Source: Fibrobacterota bacterium (lineage in GTDB: Bacteria; Fibrobacterota; Chitinivibrionia; Chitinivibrionales; Chitinispirillaceae). Taken from it: a stretch of DNA of 64,000 bases. The notes under the pieces were generated by a model. The model ran no database searches and was not told the origin of the DNA. It saw only the letters and a list, made by a program, of their open reading frames with translations. The position numbers and the translations under genes were made by a program. This document shows positions 32,792-41,929 of this stretch, piece after piece (the first letter of the stretch is position 1; each line of letters opens with the position of its first letter). The stretch is from positions 9,932-73,931 of the forward strand of contig PLTF01000052.1 in NCBI GenBank assembly GCA_003164335.1. Direction: 5' to 3'.

Positions 32792-35377
32792 ATGCAAACA
32801 GTGCGGAAACTACTGGTTCTGTTAATCGGTGTGGCGCCTTTTGCCGTTACCGCTGCCGAAACGATCGATTCCTTTGCGACCCAGTCCGACGGCGTGCTTT
32901 GCTACACGTCGGGCGGCAAACTGCTGAAGCTGCAGGTATGCGCAGGAAACATCATCCGCGTCGTCTATACAGCTCAGTCAACGATTCCGGCGCCGCAGGG
33001 TTTTGTCGTTTCCCAGACCGCCTTCACGCCCGGAACCTTCAGCGCGGTTGATAATGGGACCGCCATCGTCCTGACAACGCCGCAGGTAACGGCGTCGGTG
33101 ACCAAGTCGAATGCCGCCGTATCTTTTGCAAATTCCTCCGGGACCACTATTTGTTCCGAAATCGCGGGAGGGCGGACCCTGATCCCGGTCACCAGGAGTG
33201 GGCAGGCAGGCGATTCCGGATCCTTGCAATTCAATTCTCCCTCCAGCGAGGCGGTCTACGGGCTGGGAAACCTTTCGGAATCCTCGGGTGGCTGGACCGA
33301 AAGTGACTATTGGTGCAGTACTACCCTTCCCCCCGACCGGACCGGCAATATTAACGGCCGTTCCTTCAACTTCGATATGCATCAAACCAACTGGATGGAC
33401 ATCATACCGTTTTTCATGACCACCAGCGGCTACGGCGTTCTGATGAACTTCTGCTGCCACGCCACGAAAACTTCGCCGCTCAACTTTACCGCCAGTTTCC
33501 TGCTCAATAACAGTTGGGACTATTTTTATATTTACGGCCCGCAGTTCGACTCGATCGTCGCAGGCTACCGCAACCTGACCGGACAGGCGCCCATGCTCCC
33601 CAAATGGGCATACGGCTTCTGGCAGTGCAAAAACCGGTATTCGAGTTCGGACAGTATTCTTGTCGCACTTTCAACCTATCGCGCCGACAGCATTCCCGTC
33701 GACTGCATTGTGCAGGACTGGAACTGGTGGACGGCATACGGGTCGTTTACGTGGGGCAGTACTTACACGTCGCCGTCTCCATCATCGTGGATTTCAACCA
33801 TGCATGGCAATAATTGCCATTTTGCACTGTCAATCTGGGCCACCTTCGTTTCGGGCACAACGAATTATACGGCAATGCAACCGCATTTCCTAACCACAAC
33901 CTGCAACAGCGGAACCGCCGGCGATTACATGGATGCCTTCGACACGACGGCGCTGAGCCTCTTCTGGGGATACATGAACTCTTCGGCGTTCAGCAGCGGC
34001 GTGGACGCCTGGTGGTGCGATGCCACCGAGCCCGAATGCGATTACCTGACCAACCAGACCACCAGCCTGGGCGCGATCGAAACCTATGCGAATGCCTATC
34101 CGATTGCGGAGGCTAAAAATATCTACGTCAACCAGCGTGCCGTATCCACAGCCAAGCGTGTTGTCAATCTCACCCGTTCGTTTTATGCCGGCCAGCAGCG
34201 GTATTCAACGATGTACTGGAACGGCGATCTCAGCGGCAGCGATATGGGGAATGTCGCAACAACGGTGAGCGGCGGGATCAATTTGTCCATGGCCGGCTAC
34301 CCGTACTGGTGCTCCGACATCGGGGGATTTCAGAATACTCCTACGGACGATATCCTGACACGGTGGTTCGAGGCCGGGACCTTTTTTCCCATTTTCCGCG
34401 TTCACGGGTCCCGTGCCACGGAAATTTACAACATGGATGCTACCGTGCGACCGATCGCCACTGCCTATGACCAGTTACGCTATCGCCTCCTGCCCTACAT
34501 TTATTCACTTGCCTGGATGGAAACGAACCAGGCGTATACCATGACCCGTGCGCTGTGGTTCGACTTCCCCGGCGATACGAACGTAAAAAACATCGCCGAC
34601 CAGTATATGTTCGGTCCCGCGCTGCTTGTCAACCCGGTCCACACCGCGAACGTCACGAGCCGTAGCGTTTACCTGCCTGCCGGGACCTGGTACAACTTCT
34701 GGACCGGCGCTTCCGCAACCTATACCACGGGCACCACCCTTACCGGCGTATCGGCGCCGTCAACGATCATTCCGGTTTACGCGAGAGCAGGCGCGATTGT
34801 TCCGATGGGACCGAAAATCCAGTATGCAACCCAGAGCGTCAACCCCATCGAGCTGAGGGTCTATCCGGGAGCCAATGGGAGCTTTACCCTGTACGAGGAC
34901 GAAGGCGATAACTACAACTACGAAACCGGCGCCTATGCCACGATACCGATTACCTATAACGATGCGGCGAAGCAGGTAACCATCGGCGCACGGAACGGGA
35001 GTTTCACCGGCATGCTCCAGAACCGCGTTTTCAATATCGTCTATGTGACCACCGGACACGGTATTGCCGACACGGTCACCCAGAACCCCGATTGCGTTAT
35101 ACAGTATTCCGGTACCCAGGTAACGGGTTGCCCCGTCGGCGTCATGGTGGAAGCACCGATTGCCCATTTGTCGCCGATCGCCATGACGCTGAAAGCTGCG
35201 AACGGTTATGTCGTTCTCGACAGGGCGTTCGCGGGGAAGTCCAAATCGGTCGCGGTGTACAACTGCATCGGAAAGCTGGTGGGACAGAAAACCCTGAAGA
35301 AAAACGTCATCGACTTGGAGAAGGATTTTGGCATTACGAATGGCGTTTATGTTTTGAAAATCAATGTAATGCCCTGA
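32792..35377 (+). CDS. GH31 family glycoside hydrolase with a T9SS type-A C-terminal sorting domain (paralog 4, near-duplicate of paralog 1)
   Basis: Signal peptide present. GVDAWWCDATEPE, YWNGDLSGS and KWAYGFWQCKN. The stretch IIPFFMTTSGYGVLMNFCCHATKTSPLNFTASFL is identical to paralog 1, with about 90% nt identity over the underlying segment. Tail KSVAVYNCIGKLV...GVYVLKINVMP. Confidence 0.75.
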   Translation: MQTVRKLLVLLIGVAPFAVTAAETIDSFATQSDGVLCYTSGGKLLKLQVCAGNIIRVVYTAQSTIPAPQGFVVSQTAFTPGTFSAVDNGTAIVLTTPQVTASVTKSNAAVSFANSSGTTICSEIAGGRTLIPVTRSGQAGDSGSLQFNSPSSEAVYGLGNLSESSGGWTESDYWCSTTLPPDRTGNINGRSFNFDMHQTNWMDIIPFFMTTSGYGVLMNFCCHATKTSPLNFTASFLLNNSWDYFYIYGPQFDSIVAGYRNLTGQAPMLPKWAYGFWQCKNRYSSSDSILVALSTYRADSIPVDCIVQDWNWWTAYGSFTWGSTYTSPSPSSWISTMHGNNCHFALSIWATFVSGTTNYTAMQPHFLTTTCNSGTAGDYMDAFDTTALSLFWGYMNSSAFSSGVDAWWCDATEPECDYLTNQTTSLGAIETYANAYPIAEAKNIYVNQRAVSTAKRVVNLTRSFYAGQQRYSTMYWNGDLSGSDMGNVATTVSGGINLSMAGYPYWCSDIGGFQNTPTDDILTRWFEAGTFFPIFRVHGSRATEIYNMDATVRPIATAYDQLRYRLLPYIYSLAWMETNQAYTMTRALWFDFPGDTNVKNIADQYMFGPALLVNPVHTANVTSRSVYLPAGTWYNFWTGASATYTTGTTLTGVSAPSTIIPVYARAGAIVPMGPKIQYATQSVNPIELRVYPGANGSFTLYEDEGDNYNYETGAYATIPITYNDAAKQVTIGARNGSFTGMLQNRVFNIVYVTTGHGIADTVTQNPDCVIQYSGTQVTGCPVGVMVEAPIAHLSPIAMTLKAANGYVVLDRAFAGKSKSVAVYNCIGKLVGQKTLKKNVIDLEKDFGITNGVYVLKINVMP

Positions 35378-35408
35378 GTCAAAAGAAAATTGATATACAT
35401 TGCGAAGC

Positions 35409-37559
35409 ATGGTGAACCCGGCAAAACTTATCCCATGGAACCGGGATTGGATTCTTGGGCTGTTGCTGCTGGCGGTTACGTTTGCGGTCTACCAGCCTGC
35501 GTGGAACGGCAAACCACTGTGGGATGATGACCTCAATATTACAGCGCCGGGACTTCGTTCCCTGGATGGCCTGGCGAGCATCTGGACACATCCCGGAACT
35601 ACGGTACAGTACTATCCACTGGTCCACACCGTTTTCTGGCTGGAATATCATCTTTGGGGTGCATCGACAACAGGCTATCATTTTCTCAATATTCTGCTTC
35701 ACTTTTTTTCCTCGTTGTTGCTTGTCAGCATTCTACGAAAGCTCGGTATACCGGGGGCATGGCTTGCGGGCTGGTTATTCGCCCTGCATCCGGTTATGGT
35801 GGAGTCCGTAGCCTGGATTACCGAAATGAAGAATGTGCTGTCCATGCTCTTCTTCCTCGCTTCGATCCTCGTGTACCTGCGGTTCGATCGGGAACGGAAG
35901 AAGGGAATCCTTGTTGCGGCATTGCTGCTCTTCGTCGCTGGACTCGCCTCGAAAACCTCGATTGTTCCCCTGCCGCTGGTGCTGCTTATCATATCCTGGT
36001 GGAAACGGGGGAGGCTATCGTGGAAACATGATATGCTCCCGGTCGTCCCTTTTTTCCTGGTTGCATTGGCATACGGTTCAGTTACCATCTGGGTTGAGCA
36101 CCGTTTTGTCGGCACCCAGGGGAACGAATTTGCCATTTCATTTCCCGATCGATGCCTCATTGCCGGGAGGGCATTCTGGTTTTACCTGGGCAAAATAATC
36201 TGGCCGGGTAACCTGGTATTCATTTATCCGCGCTGGAAGATCGATGCAGCGGTATGGCCCCAATACATCTTTCCTGCTGCTGCACTTGCTCTTGCAGGTC
36301 TCCTCATTGCGATCCGGAAACGGTGGCGGGCTCCTTGTGCCGTTTTCCTGTACTTTGTGGCGATGCTTTTTCCGGTGGCCGGTTTCATCAGCCAGTATGC
36401 TTTCAGGTTTTCCTTTGTCGCCGACCATTGGGTGTACCTTGCCGCGATCGGTCCCATGGTGATAACCGCAGCGGGAGTGAATGCCCTTTCCTCTTTATTC
36501 CGGAAAACCCCGGGCGTTCCCGGGTGGCTGCTGCCGGTGATCGTCATCACCATCCTTACATTGATGACCTTCCGTCAAGCACGCATGTATGCCGATCCTG
36601 AGACGCTGTATCGGACCACGATTCGGAAGAACATCGATTGCTGGATGGCATACAATAACCTCGGTATTCTGATGGCTGATGCCGGACGAACCGATGAAGC
36701 GGTCACCTGTTACCGGAAGGCATTGGAAATCAATCCCGGCTTTGCCAAGGCTTACGGAAACCTCGGCAATGTATTGGCCAGAACCGGAAGTCCGGACAGC
36801 GCCATTGTACAATATGGAAAGGCATTGCAAATCGACCCGGATTATGTGGAGGCTCATATCAACCTGGGCAATGTACGATTACAAACAGGACGGATGGATG
36901 AGGCGATGGCTCAATTTTCAAAGGCATTGGAAATTGACCCCGGCAGTGCCGATGCTCACTGCAATCTCGGCATTCTTCTGGCGAAGATGGGACGAACCGA
37001 CGAGGCAATGGCTCATTTTTTGAAGGCATTGGAAAGAGACCCCGGCTATGGCAACGCTCATTACAATCTTGGCATGCTGCTGGCGCAAATGGGCAGGACT
37101 GACGAGGCAGTTGCTCATTACCGTAAGGCATTGGAAATTAACCCCAATAATGCCGACACCCATTGCAACCTCGCTATCCTGCTGGCGCAAATCGGCCGGA
37201 CCGGCGAAGCCATCGCTCATTGCCGGAGGGCATTGGAGCTTAATCCCGATAATGCCGAAGCCCACAACAACCTCGGGATCCTGCTTGCGCAAATCGGCCG
37301 GCCCGACGAGGCGATCGCTCACTACCGCAGGGCATTGGAAATAAGCTCAGATGCGATCCCTCCGCTACAGAATCTCGCTTTCGCTCTGGTCCAAGAAGGG
37401 CAATGGAACGATGCGACTTCGGTTCTTCGGAATGCGCTTGCATCGGCAAAGTCCTCGGGCGATGAGGCGCGGGCAAGGGCGATCGCGCAAATTCTTGCGA
37501 AACTCTCTCAGGCCATCGATTCTTTACAGGTAGCCTCAAAAACGCACGTGCAACGATGA
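35409..37559 (+). CDS. Polytopic membrane protein with a C-terminal TPR array (TMTC/PMT-like GT-C fold protein O-mannosyltransferase family architecture)
   Basis: ~450-aa N-terminus with at least 9 hydrophobic helices, then at least 7 tandem 34-aa TPRs (GRTDEAxAHYRKALEINP repeated). Confidence 0.6.
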   Translation: MVNPAKLIPWNRDWILGLLLLAVTFAVYQPAWNGKPLWDDDLNITAPGLRSLDGLASIWTHPGTTVQYYPLVHTVFWLEYHLWGASTTGYHFLNILLHFFSSLLLVSILRKLGIPGAWLAGWLFALHPVMVESVAWITEMKNVLSMLFFLASILVYLRFDRERKKGILVAALLLFVAGLASKTSIVPLPLVLLIISWWKRGRLSWKHDMLPVVPFFLVALAYGSVTIWVEHRFVGTQGNEFAISFPDRCLIAGRAFWFYLGKIIWPGNLVFIYPRWKIDAAVWPQYIFPAAALALAGLLIAIRKRWRAPCAVFLYFVAMLFPVAGFISQYAFRFSFVADHWVYLAAIGPMVITAAGVNALSSLFRKTPGVPGWLLPVIVITILTLMTFRQARMYADPETLYRTTIRKNIDCWMAYNNLGILMADAGRTDEAVTCYRKALEINPGFAKAYGNLGNVLARTGSPDSAIVQYGKALQIDPDYVEAHINLGNVRLQTGRMDEAMAQFSKALEIDPGSADAHCNLGILLAKMGRTDEAMAHFLKALERDPGYGNAHYNLGMLLAQMGRTDEAVAHYRKALEINPNNADTHCNLAILLAQIGRTGEAIAHCRRALELNPDNAEAHNNLGILLAQIGRPDEAIAHYRRALEISSDAIPPLQNLAFALVQEGQWNDATSVLRNALASAKSSGDEARARAIAQILAKLSQAIDSLQVASKTHVQR

Positions 37560-37697
37560 AGCGGCATAGTACCGCAAGGGTATTGAGCAGGGAAGTTCTT
37601 GGAGCCTGAGACTTTCAAATAGTATCCCACTGCTGGAACGGATAGGTTTTTTTTGCTCAGGTATTAGGACTAAATAGCTTTTTCAGCATTTTTAAGC

Positions 37698-37721
37698 CGA
37701 TTTTTGGAAAAATCGGCCCCA
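37698..37721. other. Perfect 10-bp inverted repeat GCCGATTTTT-gg-AAAAATCGGC inside a 390-bp AT-rich intergenic region
   Basis: Read directly from the sequence. No U tract follows, so it is more likely a protein-binding or structural site than a terminator. Confidence 0.4.
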
Positions 37722-37951
37722 AACCGGACCAATTATTAATAATTTAGCAAAATATAATTGCTACTTCTTTAATTTTTGATTATATTATTAAGTAAATGAT
37801 TAAAAGTAATATAGTGTACTAGTGTTGTAGTACAGTTATTGCGGTGCAGATCTCCTTGCTGTCCGCAGCAGATACAATGTCGGAAATAGCGCAAAAAATA
37901 TTATAAATAACCCTATGACTAACTACCAACCAAGTTTTCCGGGGAGGTACC

Positions 37952-39709
37952 ATGAAACATAAGTCGCATATTGCCAGAGCATACGTGTTTCTGCTTTTTG
38001 CCGTTCCGCTTTTTGCACAGACCGCCTATCTCCGCACTACGATAGGGTTGCCTAATGCCACCTCCAAGCCCTATTGCATTCCATGGGTCGACAGCGGAGC
38101 CAAGGCCGCAACTACCTGGGCGACCACAAGCAGCTACACCCAAATCTTCCCTGATACGCAGTATCAAACGATTACCGGCTGGGGCGGCGCCATCCAGGAA
38201 AAGTGGTGGGATGCCATCCAGGTGCTGGATTCGGCCGGCAAGGACAGCGTCATGCGCGCACTCTTCGATACCTCGGGCTGTAATTTCAACTGGTGCCGCG
38301 TGCCGATCGGCTGCTGCGACTTTGACGACAGCCTGCCCGCCCCCATCTCGGAAGACTCGTTCTCCGGTGATTATAGCATGACCCATTTCACCATCCACCG
38401 CGACTCGACCAAAAAGATACCCTTGATCCACATGGCACAGGCCATCAACCCCAACGTCCAGTTCTGGGGTTGTCCATGGAGCCCGCCTTATTGGATGCAT
38501 GACAACGGTCAGTATTCTTCCGGCAATATGAAGTCCGACTCCAATACACAGAAAGCCTGGGCGCTGTATCTTGATAAGTGGGTCAAGGCATATCAAGCCT
38601 GCGGGATACCCATCAGCTCGATCTGCTGCCAGAACGAGCCGACCATCACTTCCGGAGGTTATCCGAAATGCGGATGGAGCGATACCTTGGAACAGTCGTT
38701 CTATCACAAATACCTGATTCCGCTCTTCCGGCAGGATAGCCTCAGCACCAGGATAATCTGTGGAGTGTTCTGCTGCGGCACCTATTCGGATTGGATAACG
38801 AACATAATGAGTGATACGGTCGTCAGAAATTTTACAAACATGACCAGTCATTCGTATCAGGACCCTGAGTGGGGGCCGCAGGCGGTGGCCGCATACCCCT
38901 CAATCCCATATGTCGAAACCGAAGCGCCCTTTGGCGGCAACCCCGGCACCAGCGTTACGCAGAACTGGGCGCCGGGAGTTACCGAATTCCAAAACGTATC
39001 GAGTTTTATGAACGACAGCACCTCAGCCTACGATATGTGGGATGTGGTTAATGATACGACAAACCTGAGCGGGTGGAACTGGCAGCAATATGAAATGATC
39101 AATGTGAACCTCGTCAGCAAGCATGTCACCTACAACCCGCACTTCTATGCAATGAAGCATTTCAGCTATTACGTGAAGCCGGGCGCCAAGGCGATCAGGT
39201 TCACGAATACCGGTACCGCTCCTGCCAACACGAACGTTTTCCTCAATCCCAACGGGGACATCATTCTTGTCATGGCCAATACGAGCACCACCGCGTTTCC
39301 GCTCACGGTCAAGGTCGGTAACAACGAGATGTACAAAGCCACGTTGCCCCCGACCTCGTTCAATACCCTCAGGATTGTCAACTCCACCGCGGTCCGGCAT
39401 GAAATGCAGCAGAATAACTATGCCCCATCTCCGCTGAGGAGTCTTGAAATACGCAATTCCACGCTCTCTTTTTCGCTCTCCTCCGCAATCAATGCGCGCG
39501 AAATGGATGTTACCCTCACGGACCTTCAGGGACGGACCGTCTGGACCGGGCACCGCGCCGGCAGTGCGTTGCATGGCGATCAACAAACCTTTGCGATCCG
39601 GTCGAATCACGGTAGCCTGCCTTCAGGCACCTATCTCCTTGAGGCAAAGATCAGGAACACCTCCGGCGCAGTTATGACCGTTGAGAATAAAGTGAGGGCA
39701 CTGAACTGA
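37952..39709 (+). CDS. GH30 family glycoside hydrolase with a T9SS type-A C-terminal sorting domain (paralog 3)
   Basis: Signal peptide present. GWGGAIQEK, CRVPIGCCDFDD, acid/base ICCQNEPT and nucleophile region YVETEAPFG. Tail MDVTLTDLQGRTVW...GTYLLEAKIRN...TVENKV. Confidence 0.7.
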   Translation: MKHKSHIARAYVFLLFAVPLFAQTAYLRTTIGLPNATSKPYCIPWVDSGAKAATTWATTSSYTQIFPDTQYQTITGWGGAIQEKWWDAIQVLDSAGKDSVMRALFDTSGCNFNWCRVPIGCCDFDDSLPAPISEDSFSGDYSMTHFTIHRDSTKKIPLIHMAQAINPNVQFWGCPWSPPYWMHDNGQYSSGNMKSDSNTQKAWALYLDKWVKAYQACGIPISSICCQNEPTITSGGYPKCGWSDTLEQSFYHKYLIPLFRQDSLSTRIICGVFCCGTYSDWITNIMSDTVVRNFTNMTSHSYQDPEWGPQAVAAYPSIPYVETEAPFGGNPGTSVTQNWAPGVTEFQNVSSFMNDSTSAYDMWDVVNDTTNLSGWNWQQYEMINVNLVSKHVTYNPHFYAMKHFSYYVKPGAKAIRFTNTGTAPANTNVFLNPNGDIILVMANTSTTAFPLTVKVGNNEMYKATLPPTSFNTLRIVNSTAVRHEMQQNNYAPSPLRSLEIRNSTLSFSLSSAINAREMDVTLTDLQGRTVWTGHRAGSALHGDQQTFAIRSNHGSLPSGTYLLEAKIRNTSGAVMTVENKVRALN

Positions 39710-39942
39710 GAAAACGGAATTTTTGAAAGTGTGCGCAGTATTGACAATTGAAGCAGCACCGGTTTCCTGCCCCTCCTTCGAGGTGCGAAGGGCGGGCAGG
39801 GGAGCCGGAGACGTCGATCCCGGTATTCTGTACCAGGTATAATATTTATAATTGCTGATGATTATATTTGTAAAATTTGGTCGAAATTCCGTTCACTGCA
39901 ACCGATACTATTAATCACCCGATACTGAATGCGAGGCGTACG

Positions 39943-41847
39943 ATGGTAAAGAAGCTTTTTGGATCGATGAAGCTGCCATTCCTTACACTTTTGGCTGCCG
40001 GCATGTTTTTTTCCGGCAACGTCTCTGCGGCTTACATAAATACGGTTGCCCTTACCGTCAGCAGTTCGACAAAACAGGGGTCGGTCCCGCACTTCTGGGA
40101 GCAATGTGTCGGGCGGGGAGGGATGATAGAATGTCTTAAGCCTGTCTGGCAGACGGCAGCCAAAATCGGGTCTCAGGAGGCCGGGTTCAAATCGGTGCGC
40201 GGCCACGGCATGCTCATGGGCTGGGACGGTGTCGACAGCATCGGGCTGTTTCACTGGGACGGCAATGTCAATGACACCCCGACGTACACCTACACGGTGT
40301 TCGATTCGATCATAAGGATTCTCACCAATTGCGGCCTGGACCCGGTGATGGAACTCGATTTCTGTCCCAAGGATCTGCAAAGCAACGGCACGATAGGTCC
40401 GCCGAAAAACTGGGCAATGTGGCAGCGGTTCATGGCCAACCTTGCCGGCCATTGCATCGCGACCTATGGAAAAGCCCGGGTTGAGAACTGGTACTGGGAG
40501 GAATGGAACGAACCCGATTACTCGGGGTTCTTTAACGGCACTGCGGCCCAGGATGACAGCATGTATAAGTATGCGGCACTGGGCATCACGAGTGCGGACT
40601 CAAATCTTATCGTAGGGGGGCCGGCGACAACGGGTTTCAACTCTTATTGCCAGAATTTTTGCACCTTCGTTAAAAACAACCATCTGCCCATCAAGTTTAT
40701 CAGTAACCACCAATATGGCGGCAGCGGATCCGGGGGCACCGCCAATCCGTCGAATATGGCCTCGGACAACGCAAGCCGGGATGGCGAAATTACGACCATG
40801 GGCATGAAACTCGCCAGTGTCAATACCGAGTACAATTCCTGCTACTGCGGGGCGGGCGGCAGTACCGACGCTGCAGCATACGCCATGGATTCGCATGTCA
40901 ATGCACCGTTCGTTGCCAAGACCATCAAGCTCGTTCTCGACGATTACCTTCAGGGGGACTCCCTTCCTGCAATACTTTCGTACTGGGCGATATCTGATTG
41001 CTTCGATGAGAACGGCAATAACGGAGCCTCCTATATGGAGGGGCAGGGCGCTACCGCCACCGGCGGTCTCCCGTTCGGGCAGGTCTACGGTCTCATCACC
41101 TACCAGGGGATCAGGAAACCGGCCTTCAATGCGTTCAAGCTGCTGCACATGATGGGTTCCACCCGCATTTCCTGCACGGGCGGCACCGGCACGAGCGATG
41201 GCGTGGATGCGTTCGCAACCGTGAACAGCGATTCGACGGAAGTGGCGATACTGGTGTACAATTTCTACCAATCTCTTGCCGGTTTCGCCGACTCCAACCT
41301 GGTGCACCTGACCGTGAACGGTCTGCCGTTCCCGAGCGGTAAAACGGTAACGGTCACCCATTATCGGATCGATTCATTGCACAGCAATGCCTATGCGGTA
41401 TGGGAGAAGCAGGGAAAGCCGAAGACCCCGACAACGGCGCAGTGGAATTCGATGGACTCGGCGCAGTGGCTCTCCATGCTCACGCCGGTAACGACCTTTA
41501 CCTATACCGTGGGAACACCCTGGATCGATACGATCCCCATGCCCCAGCAGAGCCTGTCGCTGCTCCTGCTTGACGATACGGTAACGACCAGCGGAACGCT
41601 GCATCAGGCGTCTGCGCATACCAGCGGTCCGGGTCTGTCGATCACCGGCACTATGGTCAGGGCGCTTAACCTCCAGGGAGCCCCATTGACCGTTTCGATT
41701 TATAGCCTGCAAGGCAAGCTCCTCGAACACTTCAGCACCATGGAAGGCTCGGTCGATCTGCGAAAAGGCCTGTCGACAGGTACCTACATCGTGCATGCCC
41801 TGGCGAAGGGAGAACGGTTGACCGGGAAGATGGTCGTCCGGGAATAA
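39943..41847 (+). CDS. GH39-like glycoside hydrolase (beta-xylosidase family) with a T9SS type-A C-terminal sorting domain
   Basis: Signal peptide MVKKLFGSMKLPFLTLLAAGMFFSGNVSA. EEWNEPDY matches the GH39 WNEPN/D acid/base motif, and VNTEYNS is a candidate nucleophile region. Tail LNLQGAPLTVSIYSLQGKLL...GTYIVHAL...KMVVRE. Start at an internal ATG; the ORF track begins at 39877. Confidence 0.55.
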   Translation: MVKKLFGSMKLPFLTLLAAGMFFSGNVSAAYINTVALTVSSSTKQGSVPHFWEQCVGRGGMIECLKPVWQTAAKIGSQEAGFKSVRGHGMLMGWDGVDSIGLFHWDGNVNDTPTYTYTVFDSIIRILTNCGLDPVMELDFCPKDLQSNGTIGPPKNWAMWQRFMANLAGHCIATYGKARVENWYWEEWNEPDYSGFFNGTAAQDDSMYKYAALGITSADSNLIVGGPATTGFNSYCQNFCTFVKNNHLPIKFISNHQYGGSGSGGTANPSNMASDNASRDGEITTMGMKLASVNTEYNSCYCGAGGSTDAAAYAMDSHVNAPFVAKTIKLVLDDYLQGDSLPAILSYWAISDCFDENGNNGASYMEGQGATATGGLPFGQVYGLITYQGIRKPAFNAFKLLHMMGSTRISCTGGTGTSDGVDAFATVNSDSTEVAILVYNFYQSLAGFADSNLVHLTVNGLPFPSGKTVTVTHYRIDSLHSNAYAVWEKQGKPKTPTTAQWNSMDSAQWLSMLTPVTTFTYTVGTPWIDTIPMPQQSLSLLLLDDTVTTSGTLHQASAHTSGPGLSITGTMVRALNLQGAPLTVSIYSLQGKLLEHFSTMEGSVDLRKGLSTGTYIVHALAKGERLTGKMVVRE

Positions 41848-41854
41848 AGAAAAA

Positions 41855-41891
41855 GGCCTCGGGCCGCGCCGATAGGCCCGAGGCCTTTTTT
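41855..41891 (+). terminator. Rho-independent terminator after the GH39 gene
   Basis: GGCCTCGGGC-cgcgccgatag-GCCCGAGGCC followed by TTTTTT. Confidence 0.75.
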
Positions 41892-41929
41892 GATTTGGCA
41901 GATGATCGACAACAAGAGCTAAGAATGTC

